From Eledone cirrhosa (taxonomy: Eukaryota): DNA of 64,000 nucleotides. Shown in pieces: positions 55,001 to 64,000 of this stretch. The stretch's first letter is position 1. Each line of letters opens with the position of its first letter. Where the stretch lies: the NCBI GenBank assembly GCA_964016885.1, contig OZ024740.1:270072001-270136000 (forward strand). The letters run 5' to 3'. The translations under genes and the position numbers were made by a program. A model generated the notes under the pieces. The model was not told where the DNA came from. It did no database searches and was given only the letters and a program-made list of their open reading frames with translations.

Positions 55001-57650
55001 TAGTCAACCATGAACATTCGTGGACAGCTTAATATGTTCCTATCCTTATTTTTAACTAAGAACCTATCTAGGTACGACCTAGATGTTCTGCTAAGATTAG
55101 TCCACGTCCACAGTAGCACAGTCGAAAAATCTAGTCGATATCTATCGGCCAGATCAAATCGGCCGATTAACTGTTTAAGGTTGTTACACCCCCCTCTATT
55201 GGGACATGCCCCTACATAGTCCCAACGTGCATCCAGGATACCATTCCAGTCCCCCACTAAAAGCACGTCTAGACCCACCAGTCAACCCTCCCGGTCCAGG
55301 TGTACCTTCCGTGTTGTGAGGCCCAGGTGTCTTCGCAGCAGAACGACAACCCCGCCCCCACCCCCGACTGACAGAGAGATGCATAGATCTCAAAGTCGTC
55401 GAAGATGGGAGCCAGTTGGTGCTCGCTGCTGATCCTGGACTCCATTCTGTGCGACCTGCGGTAATTAAGAGTTTGCCCTGCTTCCAGGACATCCCCAGGC
55501 CGCGCATATTTAAACATCCAACTCTTATAACAGCCATGTAGGTGGTGAATTGTTAAAGTGGAGAAAAAGGAAAAGACACCTACCTCTCCTTCTCCTGGGA
55601 ACCAGGCTGCACAATTTCCATGGGGGTGTCGGAGGGGTGTTTGGTGGTGGTTTTGGATGTGGTGGGGACATCAGTGTGTGGTGGAGTGGGGGTGTTTGGT
55701 GGGGGAGGATTGTCTGGGGTGGTGGTGGGGAAACATTTCAAAGGACGCAGTTGATAGGTCTAGTACAGAGGTTCCCCACGTCCTCGGGAAAGTTTTGTTT
55801 GAGCATTGCGCAGGTGTCCCTTGGGACCCTAATCATTTTTAAATGCGATTTATTCGCCGCGTTGGTGAACATTTTCCCTTCTGTTTCCACCGAAGGGTCT
55901 TTGTCCATTGTTTGTACAAGTGTTTTGTTGTTTGTGTTGATGTATGTATACTGTTTTTGTTGTGTTGTGTTTGTTTTTGTTTGTTCTTGTGTGTTTGCGT
56001 TTTGTAGTATGTGTTATGTTTTCGGGATGGGTGTTTTTTTTTGTTTGTGATGTTTGTGATGTTTGTGCTGGTGGTTGTGTGTTTGTGCATTTTTGTGAAT
56101 GTGGTGTCTTCTTTTCTTTCTTTTACTGGTTGAAAGGGTTCTCCCTCGTCGTCACTGGGTGACGTTCATACGGGGTCCTCGTCCGTGTTGTTGGGGAGGG
56201 GTATATTTTGGGGTTTTGTTGTGGTTGCTTTTGAATTTGTTTTAGGTGGGGGGGTTGGGTGGGACAGTGTCTTGTGTTGTTATTTTTTCTTGTTGTTGTT
56301 GTTGTTGTTGTGGGGGTGGTGGTGGTGGTGGTGGTGGTGGCGGTGGTTGTGTTGTTGTGTTTGGAGTGGACAGAAGCGTCCTTTTTTTTGGGGGGGGGGG
56401 GCATTTAAACGACAGGAAGCCCTCAGGTGACCACTTCTTAAACAGTGGTAGCATGAAGGCCGCCTGCCCTCAACAGAAATGTTTATGAAGGCGACTCCAT
56501 GCAGGGACACACGCTTCGGTATTCTTGCTATCCGTTCTGGTCTCATTTGGACCAGAACTTCAAGGCTATTGCCGCCGAATACGCCCCCGGTGGATTCGCC
56601 TATCGAAAGGATTGTGTCCTCATCTTCTAAGAATGCCATTAGCACCCACCAAATGCTCGCATTTGGCCTGATGCCTGAGATTCTTAACGTTTGAGTTCTT
56701 TTCCCCAAATATGTGGGGAAAAAGATGTATGCTTTGGATACAATTGGCGACACAGAATATTTCCGTGCCGCCAATTGGTCTTTCATTAACACAGATATGC
56801 TTCCATATAGTTTCCCTTTCTGTATGAAAGCGATATCTTTCCATGCACTATTTAGGACCCGCTCAATTTCGCTTTGGGATAAATGAGCCGGTTTCCTAGT
56901 TATGTGGGAAATTGTTCTAAAGATTATTGTCCTCAGGACTGTGTCTCTTCCAATTTCTTCTCTTCGGGGGAGGTAATTGTAAATTCCCCACCTACTCCGA
57001 AAGTTACACAATTTCTTGCTTCTTTTAGCAATTTCTTGGCATTTGTGATATCCAGTGCCTTGTATGTCTGCGTTTCTCGGACCGCATGTGCAAAACGGAC
57101 TCCAGTTGTGGGTCCGTTTTCTTTCGTGTTGTTGTTGTTATCATTGTTGTTGTTGTTATTCGTGTTGACTTCCTTTTTTCCTTTGTTGGTGTTGTCATTA
57201 TTGCTGTTGTTGGTTGTGTTGTTATTGTCATTGTTGCTGTTGTTGGTTGTGTTGTTATTGTCATTGTTGTTCTTGTTTGTGTAATTGTAACTTTTGGGGT
57301 TTTCACCCATTTCCACAAATGTTTCTTTTAATTCCGTGTTCATGGTGTCTTTTTCGGGAGTTAGGAGAGAATGCTTAGAGCGTTGTGCTGCTACCTTCTC
57401 TCTAACACTTTCCTTGGGGGCCTGGTATGTGTCGTATGCGATGTATTAATGGCGACTTTTCATAGACAAATTATAACTATTAAATTTCGCCCCAAAAAGG
57501 GGCGAAATTTATTTTAACCAACGTCTGCAGGCCCAGGCGAGGGGTTAAATAAAACAAATAACAAGTTACTTAACAAACCTACCGCTTCTCGTAACAAATA
57601 TCCGACAAAATGCAGGAGCGAAACAAAAACACGTCTATCGTCTCCGAAGA
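52068..57650 (-). mobile_element. Tx1-clade LINE copy 2, full length and decayed (ORF1 ~55580-57343, ORF2 ~52291-55537)
   Basis: Same domain series with frameshifts and deletions; GATA tracts at both ends (52043-52067, 57657-57678). Confidence 0.95.
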
Positions 57651-57678
57651 TATATATAGATAGATAGATAGATAGATA

Positions 57679-58530
57679 TATTTCTTTATTAGCCACAGGG
57701 GCACAAAAGAAGGGGACAAATACAAAGGGGGAAGTTTACATACAATAAAAACGTGTAAAATGTTATCACAGATGGAATTTAAAAGTTAGTCGATTTTCCC
57801 CAATAGAGGGAGACAGTTTATATGGGTAACACAGACCCCCGAAAAAAATGTGCAACCCTCATCTCCAGGAGTACGAAGAGCTTGTACTCCTTTCCTCTCC
57901 TCCTCCTTTTCCTCAACCTACAGGCTGATATAGAGAGAAGGCCCATTCACTCGGGCCATTCTCGCCACTTTCACCCACCTTTCATAAAACTTGCTGGGGT
58001 ACAGCACCTCTCTCTCCATCCTGATTCTTCTTCCAAAGTGGTATTTGAAAAAAAGAATCAGTTGTTGGCCGGAGAGAAAGGTGTCTGACCTCAGCCCTTT
58101 CAACCTTGTCCACCATACAACCTCTTTCGCCATAGCTATCACACAAAGGAAAACCGCCTCTCCTTCGTTGTTGAAGGAGGGTGGCGGTTTGATCATGACA
58201 ATGGACTCGGTGGTCAACTGGATTGGTCCCACCCGCGACAATAGTCGTTCTACATAGCACCACAGGTCAGTGACGCCCGGGCAGTGTATGAATGCGTGCG
58301 CGACGGTTTCTTCGTCTCGCACGCACCTCGGACAGATCTTTTTTGCAGGGTCCCTGCCCGGGCGCCCATGTCTGTAGAGCTTGTCTCGAACTGGTAGAGC
58401 TCCTCGGTAGCACTGCCAGGCCAGGGACTTTTGGAAGTTGTCCATCGGTCCCGGGCGGAAGGTCCTACCGAACAGACTGGCCAGTTCATCTTCCTCCACG
58501 CCTAGAGTTTCACCGAGCGCGTCGTCGCAC
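57679..58530 (-). mobile_element. Tx1-clade LINE copy 3, 5'-truncated (ORF2 C-terminus plus 3'UTR)
   Basis: The open ORF2 C-terminal frame includes CPRCVRDEETVAHAFIHC; GATA tracts on both sides. Confidence 0.95.
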
Positions 58531-58568
<38 letters not shown>

Positions 58569-58832
58569 TATTTCTTTTATTTGCCACTAGGGCATCAAAA
58601 GTGGGACAAGTACAAAGGGGGGAGTTTACACAAAAAGGCGTCCTCAATAAGGAGGAGGCAATAACAAAATATAAAAATAAAATAAGATATAACAAAAAAT
58701 AAAATTTTTAACAAAATCCTCAATAGAGAGGAGGCGCCTTGGGGGGTCGCACATCCCCCCGAAAAAAGTGTGCAACCCTTCTCCTCAGGAGCACAGAGAA
58801 GGGGTGCTCCCTTGGTCTTTCATCTTCCTCAC

Positions 58833-61800
58833 CTATAGTCTGATGTAGAGTGAAGGCCCATTCACACGGGCCATTCTCGCCACTTTCACCCATCTTTCAT
58901 AGAAACGGCTGGGGTGCAGCACCTCTCTCTCCATCCTGATCCTTCTTCCGAAATGATATCGGAAGAAACGGACCAGTTGTTGGCCAGAGAGAAAGGTACC
59001 CGACCTCAGTCCTTTCAGACGCGTCCACCATACAACCTCTTTCGCCATGGCTATTACGCACAGAAACACCGCCTCTGCTTCATCTTTGAAGGGGGGAGGC
59101 GGCTTGATCATTACAATAGACTCGGTGGTCAACCGGATCGGTCCCACCCTTGACAGCAGTTGTTCGACATAGCCCCACAGATCGGCTACGCCCGAGCAGT
59201 GTACTAATGCGTGTGCAACGGTTTCCTCGTCGCACACGCATCTGGGACAGATCTTTTTGGCGGGGTCCCTACCCGGGCGCCCGTGTCTGTAGAGCCTTTC
59301 TCGAACGGGTAAAGCCCCTCGGTAGCACTGCCAGGCCAGGGACTTCTGGAAGTTGTCCATAGGTCCCGGGCTGAATGTCCTACCGAACAGGCTGGCCAGT
59401 TCGTCCTCCTCCATGTCTAGGGCTTCTCCGAGGGCGTCGTCGCACCTGCTGCGTACCAGCCCTCTATAGAATGTTGCGGTGGAGTCTCCACTGACAACCG
59501 GATCCGCCTGCCAGAGGGCGGTGAGCGCCTGGGCACACTCAGTGTGCCAGGCGCCCAGTTTTCTCGGTCTTTGCTTGACCCAGGATTGCAGCTCGGTGAG
59601 TGAGACGAGTCTGGGAAAGGTTCGTCTCACAAACGAGGCCCACACCGGTTGTCCGGTGAGGAATACGTAGAGGTGCCGTAGCCTTAATGCGTGTTTACGC
59701 ATCATTAGCCACGGCATCCCCAGCCCTCCTTTCGAAGGGTGTTGACAGCAGATGGATCTCCTCACCATAGGAGCCCGCCTCTTCCAAAGGAATTGGAAGA
59801 GCGCGCGCTCCATCTTGGTGAGGGTTTCCCTTGGGCAGGGCACTACGGTCAGGCGGTAGTAGATGACGGACGCTATGTAGGTGTTCGCCACCTCCGCCCG
59901 ACCTTTCAGGGATAGTTTGCAACTGGCCCACTTCTGGGTCAGTGCAAACACCCTGTTCGTAACCTCCGCCCAGTTTTTCTCCACCTGGAGGTCCGGTCCG
60001 AACCAGACACCGAGCAACTTCACCGGGCCCTCCGTCCAGCGTCCGACGACGCTATCGGAGGGCATCGGTCTGCCCCTCCACGTGCCGAGTTGCAAACCGA
60101 TCGACTTGTCCCGGTTCAGCTTAGCCCCTGTGAACTTTTCGTACTCCTCCAGTAAGGTGCCGACCGCCTCGATTTCGGAGGCCGTCGACACCATTACTGT
60201 CACGTCATCGGCGTAGGCCGACACCGCTTTCCGCAATCCCGGTTCCAAAGGGATGCCCTGCAACAACTCCAACTTCCGCAGTAGTGGCTCGAGAGTCAAC
60301 ACATACAGAAGGGAGGAGAGAGGGCACCCTTGTCGGATGGACCGCGCGATTTTGAACGGCTCCGAGAGGTAGCCGTTCACCTTGACCCTAGAGCAGATGC
60401 GGCTGCTGTGCATAGCAGTGATCCAGCCCCTGAAAACGGGTCCGAAGCCTGCCGCCGCTAGCACCGCATCCAGGTAACCATGGTCGACCCTATCGAACGC
60501 CTTAGATTGATCCAAGTTGATCAGAGCCCCACCAAAGCCGGGTTCGTTCCCAACCCTCTCTATGATGTATCGCATGAGGTGGAGGTTGTCATGGATGGAC
60601 CTGGACGGGATAGCGCATGTCTGCGCATCTCCCACCAGGTTGCCCACGTCAAGCGCCAACCTCTTTGCTAGCACCTTGGCCAAAATCTGTAACTCTGTAT
60701 TTAGCAGTGTTATGGGCCTGAAGTTACTTATTTCGTCCCCCTTGTTCTCGTCCTTCCTCACTAGCGTGACTACGCCCTTGGTCACAGTACAGGGAATTCT
60801 CCCGTTCTGTTGCCAGTTGCAGTAGACCGCCTCGAGGAGATCGGGGAACAAGTCCGGCATAGCTAGATATAATTCGTAAGGAAGACCATCGAGACCCGTG
60901 GATTTGCGTTTGCCGCATTGGCTCAGCACGTCCTCTATCTCAGCGGCCGAAATCGGCTCCTCGCAGGACTTCGCCTCCCTGTCCGAGAGGCGCGGCAGGC
61001 CGTCGAGGTATGGACCGAAGTCCACGTTCCTAACCGGCTCCCCGCCCCTCCCGAACAGTCGGGCAAAGTGCCTTTGAAAGGCCTCACACATCTGCTTAGG
61101 CTCAAGAATCGCCCGTCCATCCAGGTCTCGCAAAGACCGGATGGTGGATTTAGTTCCACTGTTGGCCTCTGTCACGCGGGCCCAGCTAACAGCTTTGGTC
61201 CCCTCGTTCCCTAGAGCACGTATTTTACTTCGGACAACGCAGCCTTCGTGCTTCGCGTCGAAAAACTGGCTCAAAGCCGTTCTCGACGCTAGCACTCTGG
61301 CCACGTCGCCGCTTCTAATTGCCTCTTCTACTCTATCTATTAGCTCCCTTTCCTTCCTATTCCTATCCGCAGCTAGAACCTTACTAAATTCTATCGAGAC
61401 TACTCTAATCTCTCTCTTTAGAGATACCCACCACCTGCTGTTGACGATCGCTCCAGTCAACCGTTCCTTAACTAACGTACTAATCCGAATCCTGTAGGCT
61501 CTACTTGCCGGCAAGGACAAGTTGAGCTTCCAGTAACCGGGGCCCTGTCTATGAGTTCTGTCAAGGTTGACCATGCAGGTCACTAATTTGTGGTCTGAAT
61601 AGCCAACCATGCGCATTTTTGGACAACTTAAAAAGTCCTTATCCTTAATTCTAACTAAGAACCTATCTAGGTACGACCTAGATGATCCGCTACGATTTGC
61701 CCAAGTCCAGGTTGGCGCAGTCGGAAAATCTAGTCGATATCTATCGGCCAGGTCAAATCGACCGATTAACCCTTTGAGGCTATTACACCCCTCTCTATCG

Positions 61801-62270
61801 GGGCAGGCCCCTACGTAGTCCCAGCGTGCATCTAGGATACCATTCCAGTCCCCCACTAATAGCAAGGAGCGGGACGTCCCTAGAAAAGTCTCCAGACGAT
61901 GGAAGAAGTCCGGCCGCATTGACCCGAAAGGGCCGTAGGCGGCTACCAACCTAAACGCTCCGCCTTTACCACTGCCAAGGTCCAGAACCACTAGTCGACC
62001 CTCCGGGTCCAAATGTACCATCTGTGTTGCGAGACCCAGATGTTTTTGCAGCAGAACGACAACTCCACCCCCACCTCCGGGCTGACAGAGAGATGCGTGC
62101 ATCTCAAAGTCATCAAAGGTGGGGGACAGCTGTCGCACGTTGCTGATCCGGGCCTCGCAAATAACCATCACATCTATACGTTGTGACCTGAGGTCATTTA
62201 GAAGCATTGCTTGCTTCCAAGTTGAGCCCAGGCCACGCGCATTTAAACAGCCTACTCTTAGCATAGCCAT
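58833..62270 (-). CDS. LINE ORF2p: APE endonuclease, reverse transcriptase, C-terminal CCHC (1145 aa from the first ATG)
   Basis: CLNARGL, ICEAR, VGDWN, SYLDRF, SDH, GPGYWKLN; NFRPITLLN, LDQSKAFDRV, QGCPLS, AYADDV, KLLGV; CPRC..ETVAHALVHC. Confidence 0.95.
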   Translation of the reverse strand: MAMLRVGCLNARGLGSTWKQAMLLNDLRSQRIDVMVICEARISNVRQLSPTFDDFEMHASLCQPGGGGGVVVLLQKHLGLATQMVHLDPEGRLVVLDLGSGKGGAFRLVAAYGPFGSMRPDFFHRLETFLGTSRSLLLVGDWNGILDARWDYVGACPDREGCNSLKGLIGRFDLADRYRLDFPTAPTWTWANRSGSSRSYLDRFLVRIKDKDFLSCPKMRMVGYSDHKLVTCMVNLDRTHRQGPGYWKLNLSLPASRAYRIRISTLVKERLTGAIVNSRWWVSLKREIRVVSIEFSKVLAADRNRKERELIDRVEEAIRSGDVARVLASRTALSQFFDAKHEGCVVRSKIRALGNEGTKAVSWARVTEANSGTKSTIRSLRDLDGRAILEPKQMCEAFQRHFARLFGRGGEPVRNVDFGPYLDGLPRLSDREAKSCEEPISAAEIEDVLSQCGKRKSTGLDGLPYELYLAMPDLFPDLLEAVYCNWQQNGRIPCTVTKGVVTLVRKDENKGDEISNFRPITLLNTELQILAKVLAKRLALDVGNLVGDAQTCAIPSRSIHDNLHLMRYIIERVGNEPGFGGALINLDQSKAFDRVDHGYLDAVLAAAGFGPVFRGWITAMHSSRICSRVKVNGYLSEPFKIARSIRQGCPLSSLLYVLTLEPLLRKLELLQGIPLEPGLRKAVSAYADDVTVMVSTASEIEAVGTLLEEYEKFTGAKLNRDKSIGLQLGTWRGRPMPSDSVVGRWTEGPVKLLGVWFGPDLQVEKNWAEVTNRVFALTQKWASCKLSLKGRAEVANTYIASVIYYRLTVVPCPRETLTKMERALFQFLWKRRAPMVRRSICCQHPSKGGLGMPWLMMRKHALRLRHLYVFLTGQPVWASFVRRTFPRLVSLTELQSWVKQRPRKLGAWHTECAQALTALWQADPVVSGDSTATFYRGLVRSRCDDALGEALDMEEDELASLFGRTFSPGPMDNFQKSLAWQCYRGALPVRERLYRHGRPGRDPAKKICPRCVCDEETVAHALVHCSGVADLWGYVEQLLSRVGPIRLTTESIVMIKPPPPFKDEAEAVFLCVIAMAKEVVWWTRLKGLRSGTFLSGQQLVRFFRYHFGRRIRMEREVLHPSRFYERWVKVARMARVNGPSLYIRL

Positions 62271-62294
62271 GTTGGTGGTGAAGAGAAAAGGCAC

Positions 62295-64000
62295 TTACCT
62301 CTCTGCGTCCCGGGTATCGGGCTGCACAATTTCCATTAGGGTGGGGGATGGGTTGTTGGGTGGGGTGGTGGTTTGTGGAAGTGTGGGGGCATCAGTGTGT
62401 TGTGTGGTTGGGGAGCTTGGAGTTGTGAGGGTGTTTGGGGAGGGGGTGGGATAGTTTTTTAGGAGGACGCGGTTAATGGGCCCGACGCAGGGGGGACCCA
62501 CGTCCTCTTTAAAATTGTTTTTTAAAGTTTTATAGGTGTCCTGTGGGGCCTTAATCATTTTGAGGTGGGGGAAATCCCCTGCCTGGGTGAAGTTAGGCCC
62601 TTGTGTTTTTATTAGATTGTTGTTGTACACAATGTTTAACAGTTTTTTGTTTCTTGTATTTATGTATGTGTATGCATGTTTTTGTTTTTGTGTGGTGTTT
62701 TTTGTTTGCTGTTGTGAGCTCTTTTGTGTTGGTGTCAGTGTTATGTTTTGGGGAGGGTTTTTTTTCATTTGTGTGTCTGAGGTGTGTTTTCTTTTTTTTC
62801 TTTTGATTGTGTGGAAGTGCTCCTCCTCTTCTGACGACGAACTAGGGTCATCTTCCGCGTTGGAGGGGAGGGGTATATTTTCGGGTTGTGTTTGCGGTAC
62901 GGGTGTTTTGGAAATTGTTTTTGTTTTTTGAGTGGAGGGGATGGGTTGGACATTGTTTTGTTTTGGTTTGAGCTGTGGTGGTTGTTTTTGTAGTGGTAGT
63001 TGTGGTGATTGTGTTGGTTGTGCAGTTGTTGGTGGTGTAGGCAGGATTGGGGTTTTCTTATTAAGTTGGGGACAGACAGCCCTCAGGTGACCTCTGGTTC
63101 CGCAGAGGTAACACGAGGGCCGTCTACCCTCAACGGTAATGTTGATGAAGGTTAGATCATCCAGTATGACGCGTTCAGGGATCTGGGCGATCCTTTCGGG
63201 CCTCATTTGAACTACAAGTTCGAGGCTCGTTCCACTGAACGCGTCACCCGATGCCTTTCCCATGGACACCAGCATGTCATCCTCCAGGTCCAGAAAACCT
63301 GTCAAAACCCACCATATGTCCATAATCGGCAGGATGGTGTGGATTTTTATTTTTTGTGTTCTTCTACCCATGTACGTAGGGTAGAAGGTGTATGCGGTGG
63401 ATGTGATTGGTTTGATGGACAGTTTCACTGCTGTGTCCCTGTCCTTCATGAGAATGGATAGACTCCCGTAGAGTCTATCCTTCTGAATGAAGGTGATGTC
63501 CTTCATGACGTCTTTTAAAACCAGCTCTATCTCGCTCTGTGATGGTTGAGCTGGTTTTTTACTTTTGTTCGAGATTGTCCTAAACATGACCGTGTTTAGG
63601 AGTCTCTGGCTTTTTAGTTCCGGGGGGGAATGGATTGTGAATGAACCATTTTCCCCGTACACTATATATTTTTTCGCATCCGCCAGTAGCTCCTTCGCTT
63701 TTGTTATATCTACTGGCAGATAGTCGAGGGTTTTCCTTGTCGTCTCGGCGAAGGAGAAATTTTGTTTGTTTGTGTTGTTGTTGTCGTTGGTGGTGTTGTT
63801 GTTATCATTGTTGTTGTTGTCACCGTTATTGGTCTTGTTGTTGTTATTGTTATTGTTATTGGTGTTGTTTTCGTCCGTCGCATTGTTGTTGTTGTTGCTG
63901 TTGCTGCTGGTTCTTTGGGTTGTTTCCATGGCAACGTCAAGTTGTCTGTTAACAGGTGGAGAGAATTCTTCCTCTGGCTGACCTATCTTCTTGACCTCTG
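62295..64000 (-). CDS. LINE ORF1p: Asn-rich N-terminus, central domain with CCHC zinc knuckle, P/T/Q-rich linker, conserved C-terminal domain
   Basis: CYLCGTRGHLRAVC; acidic patch plus KRKKRK. The frame remains open upstream of the ATG at 63929 to the window edge. Confidence 0.9.
   Translation of the reverse strand, partial: EVKKIGQPEEEFSPPVNRQLDVAMETTQRTSSNSNNNNNATDENNTNNNNNNNNKTNNGDNNNNDNNNTTNDNNNTNKQNFSFAETTRKTLDYLPVDITKAKELLADAKKYIVYGENGSFTIHSPPELKSQRLLNTVMFRTISNKSKKPAQPSQSEIELVLKDVMKDITFIQKDRLYGSLSILMKDRDTAVKLSIKPITSTAYTFYPTYMGRRTQKIKIHTILPIMDIWWVLTGFLDLEDDMLVSMGKASGDAFSGTSLELVVQMRPERIAQIPERVILDDLTFINITVEGRRPSCYLCGTRGHLRAVCPQLNKKTPILPTPPTTAQPTQSPQLPLQKQPPQLKPKQNNVQPIPSTQKTKTISKTPVPQTQPENIPLPSNAEDDPSSSSEEEEHFHTIKRKKRKHTSDTQMKKNPPQNITLTPTQKSSQQQTKNTTQKQKHAYTYINTRNKKLLNIVYNNNLIKTQGPNFTQAGDFPHLKMIKAPQDTYKTLKNNFKEDVGPPCVGPINRVLLKNYPTPSPNTLTTPSSPTTQHTDAPTLPQTTTPPNNPSPTLMEIVQPDTRDAER

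Larger units (their letters stand above)
58569..64000 (-). mobile_element. Tx1-clade LINE copy 4, apparently intact; 5' end lies beyond the window
   Basis: Uninterrupted ORF1 and ORF2; 3'UTR with AATAAA and a (TATC)n tract at 58531-58568. Confidence 0.95.

Noticed and set aside
57514-57548. Twister or HDV ribozyme in the LINE 5'UTR
   Set aside because: The UAACCCCUCGCC resemblance is not followed by the other required motifs or pseudoknots; kept only as a conserved hairpin.
45436-63981. Many + strand and alternate-frame ORFs overlapping the LINEs
   Set aside because: Shadow ORFs of GC-rich or low-complexity coding sequence with no recognisable domains.

Overview
AT-rich, microsatellite-dense eukaryotic DNA made almost entirely of transposable elements. 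The SINE families suggest an octopod cephalopod (inference only). No complete host gene is visible, only two candidate Cys-rich exons (24922-25047 -, 51422-51556 +). Bases 1-45.4 kb hold tRNA-derived SINEs, non-autonomous and relic Helitrons, four Penelope-like (GIY-YIG) retroelement fragments, and about 18 type I hammerhead ribozyme (HHR) motifs read by eye. The HHRs come from roughly ten unrelated sequence families, sit mostly in (TA)n tracts, and several form long fold-back palindromes with one HHR per arm. Bases 45.4-64 kb are a same-orientation (- strand) cluster of four divergent Tx1-clade LINEs bounded by (GATA)n tracts; three are joined head-to-tail and one has intact ORF1 and ORF2. 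The most striking observation concerns splicing. Each of the three copies that retain the ORF1/ORF2 junction has a consensus 5' splice donor overlapping the ORF1 stop codon. All four copies have a polypyrimidine-CAG acceptor 7 nt before the end of ORF2, in the matching phase. The whole of ORF2 therefore looks like a removable intron that would yield an ORF1-only RNA. All calls are by eye; no searches were run.
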